Translations under genes and position numbers: made by a program
IMG/VR virus record: IMGVR_UViG_3300012209_000002
Coordinates: 1-61,018 of that record
Strand: one strand, 5' to 3'
DNA: 61,018 nt
From: a virus
Taxonomy: Duplodnaviria; Caudoviricetes
The notes under the pieces: model-generated
What the model saw: only the letters and a program-made list of their open reading frames with translations
Told to the model about the DNA's origin: nothing
Databases searched by the model: none
Shown here: one piece after another, positions 46,539-56,733 of the stretch
How positions within the stretch are numbered: position 1 is the first letter of the stretch
Layout of the letters: every line of letters begins with the position of its first letter

Positions 46539-46789
46539 GCACCTCGATCTCCGTCACCGCCGAGGATATCGCCAATGGACGGCCGAAGCATCTGAGTCGA
46601 TGTCCGGTGGCGCTGGCCTTGGCACGCACGTTCTACACCGAAACCGTGCGGGTCTATGAAGACTACTATGCGCTGAACGATTACCCGCGAAATTGGCCCG
46701 TGAGCGTGACCGTGTGGATCGAGCGGTTCGACAAGGGAAAGCCCGTGAAGCCGTTCGCGTTCGATCTGGAAGTGGAGATAGACGCATGA
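46535..46789 (+). CDS. Hypothetical protein
   Basis: ISVTAEDIANG..CPVALAL; ATGA-coupled. Confidence 0.6.
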   Translation: MSTSISVTAEDIANGRPKHLSRCPVALALARTFYTETVRVYEDYYALNDYPRNWPVSVTVWIERFDKGKPVKPFAFDLEVEIDA

Positions 46790-47010
46790 GCGCACAATCG
46801 CACTACGACTTGGTCATCGAGAACCCCGGCTTATCGGGGTTCTTCATCGTCTCCGCGCAATCGGCGCGGGGCAAACGCTGGCTCGCGCGCAACGTGCAAG
46901 ACGCAAAGCACGGCACGGCTTACTCGGACGATCGCAAGTGCGCCTGGAACATCTACCGAGGCGCGATTGCAGACGGGCTCAAAGTGGACGCGAGCAATCG
47001 GGAAGGGTAA
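46786..47010 (+). CDS. Hypothetical protein
   Basis: ATGA-coupled, RBS GGAG. Confidence 0.55.
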   Translation: MSAQSHYDLVIENPGLSGFFIVSAQSARGKRWLARNVQDAKHGTAYSDDRKCAWNIYRGAIADGLKVDASNREG

Positions 47011-47794
47011 GCTGACGGTGCCCCCTTCCAGGCATTCGAACCCGTGTGGCTACCGAGCGGTGGGAGATTCGGTAGCACCCTCTCCTGCCGTCCACTCCCC
47101 GCGCCGCTTCTCCAGCTCTCCCCGATACCCCGCTAGCGCCCGCATTTCCCCCGCGAACGCTTCCCGCAGATCGGAGAACCCATCGGGCGCGGGAAGGCCG
47201 TGCGCGCGATCCTGGGCCTCCAGACGCGCAATCCGGGCCTGTCTGTAGAGTTCGTAGGCAAGGTTGAGTCCGGTGAGCGTGCGCTCGATGCGGACGCGGT
47301 CCTCGGCGAGGGCAACGAGACACGGATTGGCGGTCAGGGAAATTCCCAATTTCGCAGTAAATCTGACTTCTGAGTCCGAAACTCTGCTTCCAGTATGGGC
47401 GCCGGGGAGAGATCGCACAATCGGACATTTGCGCGAGGGGATGGAAGCACACTATGGATTCGCACAATCGGCGCACAACGAGCAAAACGCCTTGGGGGCT
47501 GCGCAATCCGCACAAATGCCCGTTGACAGAGCGGGAGTGCGGGCCGCACAATGCCCGGCTGGAGGTGGAACCATGACCGATGAAGAACCCCAGACACTGG
47601 AAGATGACCGCACAATCGACTGTTACGACCGCAAAACCGGCTGGAGCCGGGTGCCCGATCCGTTTACCGCGGAAGGCGAGGAATACGAGGTCAAAAGAGC
47701 GGCTGGTTTTTACTGATTTGGAAATATTGGCGGAGAAGCCGGTTTCGAGATCCAAATTTGGACTGGTCCCTATGCCCAACAATACAACGTATTA

Positions 47795-48058
47795 TTGAGC
47801 GCTTCTTTTCAGGGTCACGATATTTCGGTGGCCGATTTTCCGTCTCTGGTCGAGTTGATGGAAAAACTGGCTCCCACGATTGCCGCATCGGAGTTGAGTT
47901 GGATTCGGGAGATCGCGTCCGATTTGAAAGAGTTGCTCACCGATCGGGAAGGGCCGCTGGCCGAAGCGGCATCGCTGCGGCGGCGCATCGAGAAACAGGA
48001 ATATGAGGCTACTGTGAAACGTCAAGCGGCCAGGGTTAAGACTCAGGGAAATCCCTGA
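47795..48058 (+). CDS. Hypothetical protein
   Basis: 87-aa helical ORF; start uncertain. Confidence 0.4.
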   Translation: MSASFQGHDISVADFPSLVELMEKLAPTIAASELSWIREIASDLKELLTDREGPLAEAASLRRRIEKQEYEATVKRQAARVKTQGNP

Positions 48059-48114
48059 GAAAACTGTGTCGGGAAAACAGTAGCTGGAAACCAAGTTATT
48101 TGTTTGCAACAAAA

Positions 48115-48386
48115 GGTGTAGGGTGGGTGTAGGGGTGGGTGTAGGGGGCTACACCCTTTTTCCACAGCCTATCGCCATGATTAAAATAGACTTACAAAAA
48201 GGTGTAGGGTGGTGTAGACTTAACCCCAACATATATTGACGCGCGCGCATATGCGCACATAAGAGAAAAGGTGGGCGAAAAAGCTACACCACCCTACACC
48301 CGATAGATAAACGATTGAGGAATAATGACTTAAGTGGGTGTAGGGGTCTACACCCGCTCTACACCGACCCTACACCACCCTACACC
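48115..48386. repeat. Putative replication origin with GGTGTAG/CTACACC iterons
   Basis: Six GGTGTAG (48115, 48126, 48138, 48201, 48211, 48337) and seven CTACACC (48149, 48284, 48294, 48348, 48359, 48370, 48380), with AT-rich spacers, abutting the helicase stop. Confidence 0.8.
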
Positions 48387-49877
48387 TCATGCCTCGACAA
48401 TGGGCGGGCGATTGGCGCAAACGCCCTGATAATTCAGACACTTCTTGCTGCGGGTTTGTTCGTATCCCTTCTTGCGCATGGCTTCCTTGAAAGCGGACTC
48501 GTTCATGATCCGGTCGCGGGCTGCCTCCGCCCACTCGATATAGTTCAGGAATAAATCGTGTGCCGGATGCTTGAAGCCCGGCGCAATGCGACAGCGTTGT
48601 TCCACGAAATGCTGAATGATGTCGCTATCGGATCGCCATTGTGCACGAGCGGTCTCCACGATTTCCGGTCGGTCCAGTCCTTGCAGGTACCAGCGCACAG
48701 CCCCCAGTGCGGCCCATGCGAAAATCCCTTCTGCCTCTTCCGCCAGTTTGTGCGGTAGATCCCTGTCGATCTCTTCTTTTGTCAGGCTTCGGTTGAATGG
48801 CACGAGATGTAGTCGATTCCAGATCGCATTGTCGGTTCCCCGCACAATCGGCTTGTGATTGCCGTCGATCCAGAGCTTGTGCGTTTCGTAAAACTGAATC
48901 GGATTCTCATATTTGCGGACAGCCTTGATTTTGCCCATGCCCTGTGTAATGCGCTTGAGGCGGCTTTCCGCCAACTCCCGGTTTTCCTCTGTCTCGCTGG
49001 TCATGACGAATCGGACGCCGCGCAAGTCCGCAAGATCGGCTTGGCTATTGTTGTTCTCCTGCTTGGTGAGCAGGCTTTCGATTTGGATAACGATGGCGTA
49101 GTCGTCGCCCAGCAACTCGCGCACGGTGGAAAGCAGAGTAGTTTTGCCGTTGTCGCCCGTGCCATGGCAAACGAACACCGCCTTCTGAATCGTCTCGCCG
49201 GTCAAGCTGTAACCGATCGCGGTTTGCATATGTTTTTCCAGCCCCGGCAGGATCTCCGCCAGAAATTGCAGGAATCGCGGGCACTCGGCATCCAGCCGGA
49301 ACTCGTGCTTCACCGATTTCGTGATGAAGTCCGCGGGCGAGTGCGGCCGCAATTCCAGCGTCCGCAGATTTAACGTGCCGTTCCGAAAATTTAACAAATG
49401 TTTCGCGGTGTCGAGCTGGTCGGGATGAATGGTGAGGTGCGGTTGCGCTTCCCGGAGCAGGTTCGTGATGCGCCCGGTATTCTGGAAGGTTGCCATCAGT
49501 TTGGCGCTTTTGTCCCCTGTACAATTGGCCTGCCGTAAGCATTCCGTGACCGTGGCTTGCGCCAGCTCGCGCGCGAGGTCTGCCCTATCCGCCAGCCATT
49601 GCACGCCGTCCCAGACCATCCAGGACTCCAACAAATGGCAATAGCGGGCCTCCTGGCCATGCGCGGCAACGAACCGCTGCGCGTTACCCAGATCGTTAAG
49701 AGGGTAATTGAGAAGATTGATACAGTCGAGTCCAATCCGCGGTTCAACGATTGTACCGTCAATTACTATTGCATGCCCATTGACCTTCTGTTCCGTCTTG
49801 GTTGTTCCGGAAATCACTTTATCCGCAACAGCCTCTTTATCACTGTGAATATGTGCTGTATTCTTGTTTGTAGACAT
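48387..49877 (-). CDS. P4/D5-family SF3 helicase (primase C-terminal type)
   Basis: NDLGNAQRF, WMVWDGVQW, LLNFRNG, Walker A GTGDNGKT, KRITQG, AIWNRL. Confidence 0.92.
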   Translation of the reverse strand: MSTNKNTAHIHSDKEAVADKVISGTTKTEQKVNGHAIVIDGTIVEPRIGLDCINLLNYPLNDLGNAQRFVAAHGQEARYCHLLESWMVWDGVQWLADRADLARELAQATVTECLRQANCTGDKSAKLMATFQNTGRITNLLREAQPHLTIHPDQLDTAKHLLNFRNGTLNLRTLELRPHSPADFITKSVKHEFRLDAECPRFLQFLAEILPGLEKHMQTAIGYSLTGETIQKAVFVCHGTGDNGKTTLLSTVRELLGDDYAIVIQIESLLTKQENNNSQADLADLRGVRFVMTSETEENRELAESRLKRITQGMGKIKAVRKYENPIQFYETHKLWIDGNHKPIVRGTDNAIWNRLHLVPFNRSLTKEEIDRDLPHKLAEEAEGIFAWAALGAVRWYLQGLDRPEIVETARAQWRSDSDIIQHFVEQRCRIAPGFKHPAHDLFLNYIEWAEAARDRIMNESAFKEAMRKKGYEQTRSKKCLNYQGVCANRPPIVEA

Positions 49878-50129
49878 CCAGGATTCCTTTCCAAAAAGAC
49901 TTCAAGCCCTTGGGATCGTGCGTCTTGGATGGCTTCCGGCTCTCCCGAGGCTGGGTTTATCCCCCGCGGCTTCGGCAGGCTCCGGCTCTCTCTCAGGTAA
50001 GAGACCTCACGGGTCTGGCACGCAAATGTCAGGCCCGTCTCGGTTTTCTCACCCGCTTGTCATCGAAGGCACACGCGCTGTAGTCTAACACCGGGCATGC
50101 GTGTCTTACGGTGTTTTTCCGCCCGCCTC

Positions 50130-50158
50130 TTGACACCAATCGATACACTCTGTAAGAT
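50130..50158 (+). promoter_or_regulatory. Sigma70 promoter for the RHH gene/early operon
   Basis: TTGACA, 17 nt spacer, TAAGAT; ATG only 9 nt downstream (near-leaderless). Confidence 0.75.
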
Positions 50159-50167
50159 AGACAGCGT

Positions 50168-50446
50168 ATGAGTAGATCGGCTCAACCGGTACGCCAGAGA
50201 AAGCCGAGCAAGTGGCATCACATCACGCTCCGATGCCCGTTGGATCTGGATCGGGCGCTTGAGATCCGCTGCACCGCGCTGGATATCACCAAGGCAACGG
50301 CATGTCAGCAGGCTTTGCGGCGCTGGCTGGGTAAGCACGCGCCGCCCCCCTCGCCCGATCCCCCGGTGCCGGACCGGCGCGTACCCACGGACGAGGAGCT
50401 GGACCGGCGGGCCCTGGAGCTGGAGTTGGGCGAGCCCGTGGCGTAA
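50168..50446 (+). CDS. Ribbon-helix-helix transcriptional regulator
   Basis: HITLRCPLDLDRALE..LDITKATACQQALRRWL. Confidence 0.7.
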   Translation: MSRSAQPVRQRKPSKWHHITLRCPLDLDRALEIRCTALDITKATACQQALRRWLGKHAPPPSPDPPVPDRRVPTDEELDRRALELELGEPVA

Positions 50447-50487
50447 AACGATCTCAAGGAAACGGATAAAACGAAAGCGAGAGGTGT

Positions 50488-50760
50488 ATGCCCATCGAGT
50501 CGGACCCCGAAATCGTCGCCATCGCCCAGCGAATCCTGGAGGAGCGCGGCTATCTGATTATCGGACGCCGCTACCGCGAATTCTCCCTTGGCGAAATCCT
50601 GCCTCATGCGGACCGGGGTGACCTTCCCGGTCCGCTGGTCGTGGTGGGATTTACCGATTACCGGGAATTCCGACAGCAATATCGCGATTACGCGCTGCCT
50701 GGAATGAAAATACCCGATTCCAGGGAATGCGTGGGGTTCGCGAAAGTGGTGGCCGAATGA
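50488..50760 (+). CDS. Hypothetical protein
   Basis: RBS GAGGT; 90 aa. Confidence 0.6.
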   Translation: MPIESDPEIVAIAQRILEERGYLIIGRRYREFSLGEILPHADRGDLPGPLVVVGFTDYREFRQQYRDYALPGMKIPDSRECVGFAKVVAE

Positions 50761-50930
50761 GTGAGACCCTGAAATCCATAGCCGCCGCCATCGCCGTTGG
50801 ATTGGTAGCGAATGCCGACTATTTCAACAGCCATAGCGAAGACCAACTCGTACAATGCGCGCTCCGCTTAGCCGTTGCCGTAAACGACGAAGCGGACGCG
50901 TGCGGGTTGGGCGAATTGGGCGAAAAATGA
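50757..50930 (+). CDS. Small hypothetical protein
   Basis: ATGA-coupled on both sides. Confidence 0.5.
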   Translation: MSETLKSIAAAIAVGLVANADYFNSHSEDQLVQCALRLAVAVNDEADACGLGELGEK

Positions 50931-52474
50931 CCGCCGCCAAAATCCTCACTCCCGCCTCCCTCGGCTTGCCCCCGCACTTCTCCGCGTTTCGCCCGCACCA
51001 GCTCTCCGCGATCGACTATGTTCTCGCTTCCTCCAAGCGCTTTCAGGGACTCTCGCTCCCGACCGGCAGCGGCAAGACACTGATCGCCATGGCCGTCGCC
51101 CGCGCGCTCGGCGTCAAAACCGTCTATCTCACCTACACCAAGGCCCTGCAGCGGCAAATCGTGGATGAGTTCGGCTGCATCGGGGCGGTGTCGGTCGAAG
51201 GCCGCGCCAATTACTCTTGCCGAACGCTGCTCGCCGGCTCTTGCGAAGAAGGCGCCCAAGCCAATTGCCCCCTACTTGCCTCCAGCCCCGAGTGCCCGTA
51301 CCGCGCCGCCGTTCTCGCCGCCCAGCGCTCCCGTCTCATTGTCGCCAACTATGCCTATTGGTTGCGCGTGCGAGCCGATCGGAGCGATGCGCTGGAGTCG
51401 GGGGAAAAGGTGGGCCGCTTAATCTGCGACGAAGCTGGGGAGGCCCCCAAGGCCCTCTGCGGGCATCTTTCGCTGGAGTTTGCCATGGATCGCTCCGGCT
51501 CGGGCTCTGGACACATGCCCAATCCGGTCTGGTTCGAGTGGGGGAACCGGGAAGCGTTGCGCACGATCCGGGAACGGGCGAACGTGGCGCAAGGTACCCC
51601 CCAGTACTACCGGCTGACCCGCACGCTCGAAGACCTGGCCCAGATCCCGGCAATGGACTCGAACTGGATCTGGGAGCAGGACCGACACGCGGTGCGTTTC
51701 GACGCCATTTGGCCCGCATCCTACGCCGAGTCCCTATGGTCGAACGTGCCTCGCGTGCTCATCCTCTCCGCGGCCTTGCGCCCGTACACCCTCCAACTCC
51801 TGGGACTGGAGCCTGCTTCCTACGATTTTCGCGAGTGGCCCGCCGTCTTCGCCCCGCACCTCGGCCCGGTTTACTACCACCCGCCGTCTCCGCCCGTTCG
51901 CATGACCGCCAAAACCAAGCCCGCCGACCGCGAGCGCGTCTGGAGCCTCATGGACGACTGGCTGGAAGCCCGCCGCGACCGTAAAGCTTTGATTCAAACG
52001 AATTCCTACGACAGAATGCGCGAGCTGGCCGCGTATTCCCGCCATGCCGGCCGCATGATCTTCAACGACTGCGCCGGCGAGAGCGGTCCCGCCGCCGAGT
52101 ATTTTCGCTCGGCCTCTCCCGGTACGATCCTGGTCTCCCCCTCGTTCGGCACCGGATGGGATTTCCCCGGCAGCCAATGCGAGCTGATCCTCATTCCCAA
52201 AATTCCTTACGCCTCGAAATCGTCCGCCGTGGAAGCCGAGCGTCTGCGCTCTTCCGAATACCTGCAAAACGCCGCCGTCCAAACGCTTGTGCAGCAGGCC
52301 GGCCGCGCCCGCCGTCACGAGCGAGACCGGTCGGAGACGGTGATCTTCGACTCGATGCTGAAGTGGGCCATGGGCAGCCCCAGAGAGCCGTGGCGGGGGC
52401 ACGCGCCTCGTTGGTTCCGGGTGCATGAGATCGCGGAGATTCCCCCCGCGCCGCCCAGACTGGAGACCGTGTGA
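50927..52474 (+). CDS. DinG/Rad3-like SF2 helicase
   Basis: Q motif FRPHQ, PTGSGKT, four-Cys putative Fe-S region, DEAG, SAAL, GWDFPG, QQAGRARRHERD. Confidence 0.88.
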   Translation: MTAAKILTPASLGLPPHFSAFRPHQLSAIDYVLASSKRFQGLSLPTGSGKTLIAMAVARALGVKTVYLTYTKALQRQIVDEFGCIGAVSVEGRANYSCRTLLAGSCEEGAQANCPLLASSPECPYRAAVLAAQRSRLIVANYAYWLRVRADRSDALESGEKVGRLICDEAGEAPKALCGHLSLEFAMDRSGSGSGHMPNPVWFEWGNREALRTIRERANVAQGTPQYYRLTRTLEDLAQIPAMDSNWIWEQDRHAVRFDAIWPASYAESLWSNVPRVLILSAALRPYTLQLLGLEPASYDFREWPAVFAPHLGPVYYHPPSPPVRMTAKTKPADRERVWSLMDDWLEARRDRKALIQTNSYDRMRELAAYSRHAGRMIFNDCAGESGPAAEYFRSASPGTILVSPSFGTGWDFPGSQCELILIPKIPYASKSSAVEAERLRSSEYLQNAAVQTLVQQAGRARRHERDRSETVIFDSMLKWAMGSPREPWRGHAPRWFRVHEIAEIPPAPPRLETV

Positions 52475-52634
52475 CCGTATACATAGAGTGCGCCGATTGC
52501 CAGAAGCGTTATCCGGTTTTCCTCGACGGCAGCTTGCCTAGCGAGTTGATCTTGCAATGGAAATGCGATTGTGGGTTTCGCGGCGAATATACCGTGCGAA
52601 CCGCTTCCCCGGTTTCGCCGGGACTGGAGCGCGC

Positions 52635-52985
52635 ATGAGCGTCGTGCTTCTGTTCCACGAACTGGCCGCGACCGGCGAGCGCACCGAGTATACCGACCGC
52701 TATCTGGTCTCCTACGATCCCTCGCACCACTGGGCCAACGGCGATTACGACGGCGGCCTGCCGGTCACTACTCCCGATCCCCGCGACGCCATACAATTCG
52801 CCGATGCCGGAGCGGCCATGGAGATGTGGAAACGAGGGCCGTCTTGTCGTTGCCATCGTCTGCGTCCGGACGGAGAGCCCAACCGCCCCTTAACCGCGTA
52901 TACGGTGAGCGTCGAACCTGTGTCCGCCGTCAATCGAGGCACGTCCGGGGAAACAGTTGAGAAAAAGAGAGGAGAACCGAAGTAA
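52635..52985 (+). CDS. Hypothetical protein
   Basis: RBS GGAG; LRPDGEPNRPLTAYTV motif. Confidence 0.6.
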   Translation: MSVVLLFHELAATGERTEYTDRYLVSYDPSHHWANGDYDGGLPVTTPDPRDAIQFADAGAAMEMWKRGPSCRCHRLRPDGEPNRPLTAYTVSVEPVSAVNRGTSGETVEKKRGEPK

Positions 52986-54017
52986 ATGAGTAAAGTCAGT
53001 TTCGCCCCCGAAGACTTTTATCAGCCCCAATCCCTCGGTTTTGTCGAGATTGTGGGCTCCCCGCGCTTAGGCGAAGTCGTAGACATTGTCGCCCGCTATC
53101 ATCAATGGCAGCCCAGCAAATCGACCGGCGAGCAGCAGCCCCCGCTCACCGGCGTGTTTCTGAGTATTCTGCCGGTCGACGAGCACGGCAATGCGCTCGG
53201 CGTGGACGCCGTGGACCAAGAACTCGTGGCCCAGTGGGGCGACTGGCAGAAGCCCCTGCCCGCGATCCGCCCCGGCCGCATGGAAACGCGCGAAAGCGAT
53301 CCTCAGGACACGGCTGTGGGAGGCACACTGGTGCTGGGCGCAGAAGGCAACAGCCTGTATGCCGATGACAACACCCTGTTAAGCGGCATTGCCCCCTGGG
53401 GCGTGTTGCTCAAGTCCCTGGAAAATTGCGGGTTCTCCGTAGAAGTCCTGCGCGCGGGATATCTGCCGGATTTCGTGGGCCTGCGCGCGAGATTCGACCT
53501 GAAGCCGCGCGAGTACATAGACCGGCGCACGAGCCAGAAGAAGGCCGCAACCGATTTCGTGTGCGTGGAGATCGCGCGCTTGCCCTACGCCACGCGATTC
53601 ACGGAAACTCCGAAAGCGCCTTCCGCCCCGCCGTTGCCCACTCCTATCAAGGGCCGGGGGAGAACGACATCCGCGGACCGCGAGAAACCAACCGTTTCCC
53701 CGGCGGATGTGGGCACCGTGCCTGCTTCGGCGCTCAACGGCCCGCCCGTTATGCCCGGCGCGGACGCCATCGTGGAAGCCGCCGCGCTCGACGCGCTTTC
53801 CAGGGTCGCCACAACCTGCGCCGGCCAGCGCCTCAATGTCAAGCAACTGTTCGTGTACGCGCTCCAGTTCGCCATGCAGCGGGACAATGCCTCGGCGCTC
53901 TACGATCCGTTGGTGGCTCTGTTAAACGGCAAGGGCGCGCAGACATGGCTTACGGCCCATGCGCCCGATTTCCACGCGGCCCCGGTGCCCAATGGCGGCT
54001 TTTTAATGGTGGGGTAA
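52986..54017 (+). CDS. Hypothetical protein of the recombination module (possible SSB-like)
   Basis: 343 aa, RBS GAGGAG, beta-rich N-domain plus Pro/Ala linker; function by context only. Confidence 0.5.
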   Translation: MSKVSFAPEDFYQPQSLGFVEIVGSPRLGEVVDIVARYHQWQPSKSTGEQQPPLTGVFLSILPVDEHGNALGVDAVDQELVAQWGDWQKPLPAIRPGRMETRESDPQDTAVGGTLVLGAEGNSLYADDNTLLSGIAPWGVLLKSLENCGFSVEVLRAGYLPDFVGLRARFDLKPREYIDRRTSQKKAATDFVCVEIARLPYATRFTETPKAPSAPPLPTPIKGRGRTTSADREKPTVSPADVGTVPASALNGPPVMPGADAIVEAAALDALSRVATTCAGQRLNVKQLFVYALQFAMQRDNASALYDPLVALLNGKGAQTWLTAHAPDFHAAPVPNGGFLMVG

Positions 54018-54023
54018 GGGGCC

Positions 54024-54251
54024 ATGAGCCCGGAAACCAAGGATCTTCTTCCGCGCGAACGGGCGAAAGAGTTAGTGCTGGCGGCCATCGGGCGCATCGA
54101 AACCAGCCGCGCCCAATATCTGAAGATGAACGCGGATGCAAGAATCGGTCCGGTAGATCTGCAAAAACAGAAAGCGCAAATCCGACAGTTCGAGAACGAG
54201 TTTGGCTGGCAGTGGCAGAACGTGAAGCGGCTGCTGACGGAAATGGACTAA
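54024..54251 (+). CDS. Hypothetical protein
   Basis: 75-aa helical ORF. Confidence 0.55.
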   Translation: MSPETKDLLPRERAKELVLAAIGRIETSRAQYLKMNADARIGPVDLQKQKAQIRQFENEFGWQWQNVKRLLTEMD

Positions 54252-54258
54252 GTGCAAA

Positions 54259-54885
54259 GTGCAAATCTTGGAAGATGTCACCGTAAATCTCGATCGCCTG
54301 GACCTGGCCGGCCGCACTTCCCCGATCCGGTGCATGTCGGCCCCGCGTTCCCCAGGCCCGCACTTATCCGGCGTATTGCGTTACATCCTGCGTACCGCGC
54401 GCCTGCCGGGATGGGAGCGCTACGACGAGGAGATCGATGCGGATTCGGTCCCGCTCCTCTGGTGTATGGGAATCATGTGGGAGGAGTTCGTCCTGAGCCT
54501 CTACCCCGGTCTGATCTGGCAGCCGGGCGAGCGTTGTCTGAGCGGTGTGTTTATGACGTGCGATGCGCTGAACTGGTTGGACGGCGAAAACGAAATGATT
54601 CTCGAAGAGGCCAAGTACACTTCCGCCAAACCGCGCACCGGGGAAGAGTTCTGTCAGGACTGGCTGAAGCAGATGCAGGGGCGGGGCTATTGCGCGGGCT
54701 ACCAATTGCGCGTGTGTCGCTGGCACGTGCTGTACAACTACAACCCGCGCGAGCCCGTGTACAAACGGTTCGCGATCCGGTACTCGGACCGGGAAATCGC
54801 GGACACCGAACGCACGGTGCTGGCGAACCGGGACGCAGCGGTAAAGGCGGGATACGCGGAGGGAGTGACGGCATGTTCAGCGTAA
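54259..54885 (+). CDS. PD-(D/E)XK exonuclease-like protein
   Basis: HLSG..GIMWEE..TCDAL..LEEAKYT..QGRGY. Confidence 0.75.
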   Translation: MQILEDVTVNLDRLDLAGRTSPIRCMSAPRSPGPHLSGVLRYILRTARLPGWERYDEEIDADSVPLLWCMGIMWEEFVLSLYPGLIWQPGERCLSGVFMTCDALNWLDGENEMILEEAKYTSAKPRTGEEFCQDWLKQMQGRGYCAGYQLRVCRWHVLYNYNPREPVYKRFAIRYSDREIADTERTVLANRDAAVKAGYAEGVTACSA

Positions 54886-55100
54886 GCCAGAAGCGCGAGA
54901 TCGCGGAAAAGGTTCAGCGAATCCTGCGCGCAACCGATCGCCCGGAACTGCCGGAAGGCGAGATCCGGTTTGTCTTGCATGTGGAAGGCGCGGAATCCTG
55001 GAGCTGGGCGGACATCCGCAATAACGGGAGTGTCGATTTCCCTTCCATCAATCCCTGGAACGAGCGGCAAGATGGCGCGCAAAAACAGGAGAAATCGTGA
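54873..55100 (+). CDS. Hypothetical protein
   Basis: MFSVSQKREIAEKVQ...; RBS GGAG. Confidence 0.6.
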   Translation: MFSVSQKREIAEKVQRILRATDRPELPEGEIRFVLHVEGAESWSWADIRNNGSVDFPSINPWNERQDGAQKQEKS

Positions 55101-55211
55101 AAACCGCGCGACGGAGGCGGAGATCGCGGCCCACGGCTTTAAAGGGGAAAGGTTGACATTGTGCCGCGGCTGGGATTCCGGAAACGGAATCGGGAACGTA
55201 ACCGAAACGCT

Positions 55212-55430
55212 ATGACCGTCCAAGAGTACGCCCGCGAACGCTTCCGGAAATGGATCGAGAAAATAGACGCCGAAAACGCGCTGCCTCTGTTTGTGTACGC
55301 AACCGATGCGGGCGGAAGACCGCTGCTGCTGGGAGACGGCAACATGTCCATGGAAGAACTCCGCGCGCTGGTGCGGGATCTGGCGCAGATTATCGAGCAC
55401 GCGCAGTTCGTGAAAGGAATCGTGCAATGA
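55212..55430 (+). CDS. Hypothetical protein
   Basis: MTVQEYARERF..., coupled to the next gene. Confidence 0.5.
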   Translation: MTVQEYARERFRKWIEKIDAENALPLFVYATDAGGRPLLLGDGNMSMEELRALVRDLAQIIEHAQFVKGIVQ

Positions 55431-56299
55431 AGACAGTCCAGCAATCCGAGCCGGTCGAGATCCAGTCCGCCCCCGCGCTGGACGGCCCCGGGGAAACTTT
55501 CCCTGCCGTCCAGCAATTCAAGCAGGAGTTAGACAGATACGACCGCGCCGAGATCCTGAGTACGATCCGCCAGACCGTCTGCCGCGGAGCCTCGGACCCG
55601 CAGTTTCGCATGTTCATCGAGGTCTGCAAAAGCACCGGGCTCGATCCGTTTCTCAAAGAGATCTGGTTCGTACCCGGCGTTGGCATCATGGCCGGCCGCG
55701 ACGGTTACCTGCGCGTGGCCAACCGGCACCCCCAATTCGACGGCATGAAAACGGTGGTCGAGCGGGATGCCAAGAACGTGCCCATTAAGGCCGTGTGCGA
55801 GGTCTGGAGAAAAGACAGGGCGCACTCGGTCTCGTGCGAAGCGTATTTCAACGAGTACGTAAAACCGACACCCTCCTGGAAGCAGTATCCGAGCGCGATG
55901 ATCGGCAAAGTCGCGGAGGTCATGGCCCTGAAGCGGAGTTTCAGCATCAACGGGGTGGTGACCGAGGAGGAGATCGGCAGAAACCCGCCCGCGCCCGTGG
56001 GAGTGCCCGTGGAGATCGAGGCTGCGCCGGAGCCACCCGTGCAAATACCGTCCGATTGGACTGTCGGTCGCGAACCGGCTTACACAGTCGCTTCAGAGAA
56101 ATCGGAAGAACCGCGCTCTCAATGGGGCAACCGTGGCGCCATGCGAAAAGCGTTCGCCGCCGAACAGACGCGCGTGGGCGAGGAAGTCTACCGCGCCGCG
56201 CTCGACAAATGGCGCGCGCGCGATCTGCTCTGGCCGAACGCCCAAGCCGCGGAAGAGTGCTATCGCTGGCTGAGGGAGCAACCGGAGAAATCTGCATGA
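55427..56299 (+). CDS. bet: RecT/Bet single-strand annealing protein
   Basis: FIEVCKSTGLDPFLKEIWFV..GRDGYLRVA..HPQFDGM..WKQYPSAMIGKVAE..LKRSF. Confidence 0.9.
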   Translation: MKTVQQSEPVEIQSAPALDGPGETFPAVQQFKQELDRYDRAEILSTIRQTVCRGASDPQFRMFIEVCKSTGLDPFLKEIWFVPGVGIMAGRDGYLRVANRHPQFDGMKTVVERDAKNVPIKAVCEVWRKDRAHSVSCEAYFNEYVKPTPSWKQYPSAMIGKVAEVMALKRSFSINGVVTEEEIGRNPPAPVGVPVEIEAAPEPPVQIPSDWTVGREPAYTVASEKSEEPRSQWGNRGAMRKAFAAEQTRVGEEVYRAALDKWRARDLLWPNAQAAEECYRWLREQPEKSA

Positions 56300-56718
56300 A
56301 CCGGCATCAGAAGATTGCGCTGGAAAATCATTGCCGCCTAGCGGTGGAGTGCCTGCACCCGCGTTTTCACTGGATACGCAGCGGATTTTCCGTCATTCTT
56401 ACCGTTAACTCGGGTTACGAATGACAAGAAGCGGGTTTTGGCGGGCCGGTCTGGCACGTCTCGGTAAGAGGTTATGGGGACTTGCGAAAACAAGCGTTTT
56501 TAACGCTGGAAGGCGTTGGCGACGAGCAAAAGGGACAATGGGAAGAACATGGACAAGATTTGAAAGCTTATCACCTGCGCCGGCGGTTGTCCGATGCGGA
56601 GCAAAAACTGGCGGGCGGGCTCGTGGACGTGGATATTCGGAATTCGCCGGAATACGGAATCCGCCGCGCCGCCATGCAGCCTTATCTTCCCCCGCAATAT
56701 GCGGATTGGCAGGAGTGA
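56296..56718 (+). CDS. Hypothetical protein interrupted by an in-frame TGA at 56422-56424
   Basis: MNRHQK...NSGYE*QEAGFGGPVWHVSV...DWQE reads in one frame. Confidence 0.55.
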
Positions 56719-56733
56719 TGCCGGAATAACGTT

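Noticed and set aside
47015-47095. Minus-strand GGGTTCGAATGCC T-loop-like motif (tRNA or attP)
   Set aside because: No cloverleaf, acceptor pairing or CCA could be built; no integrase seen
50927-54885. DinG plus PD-(D/E)XK nuclease plus Cas7-like gene as a type IV CRISPR system
   Set aside because: DinG and the nuclease sit in an ordinary recombination operon far from the RAMP gene; no Cas5/Cas6/Csf1 or canonical array
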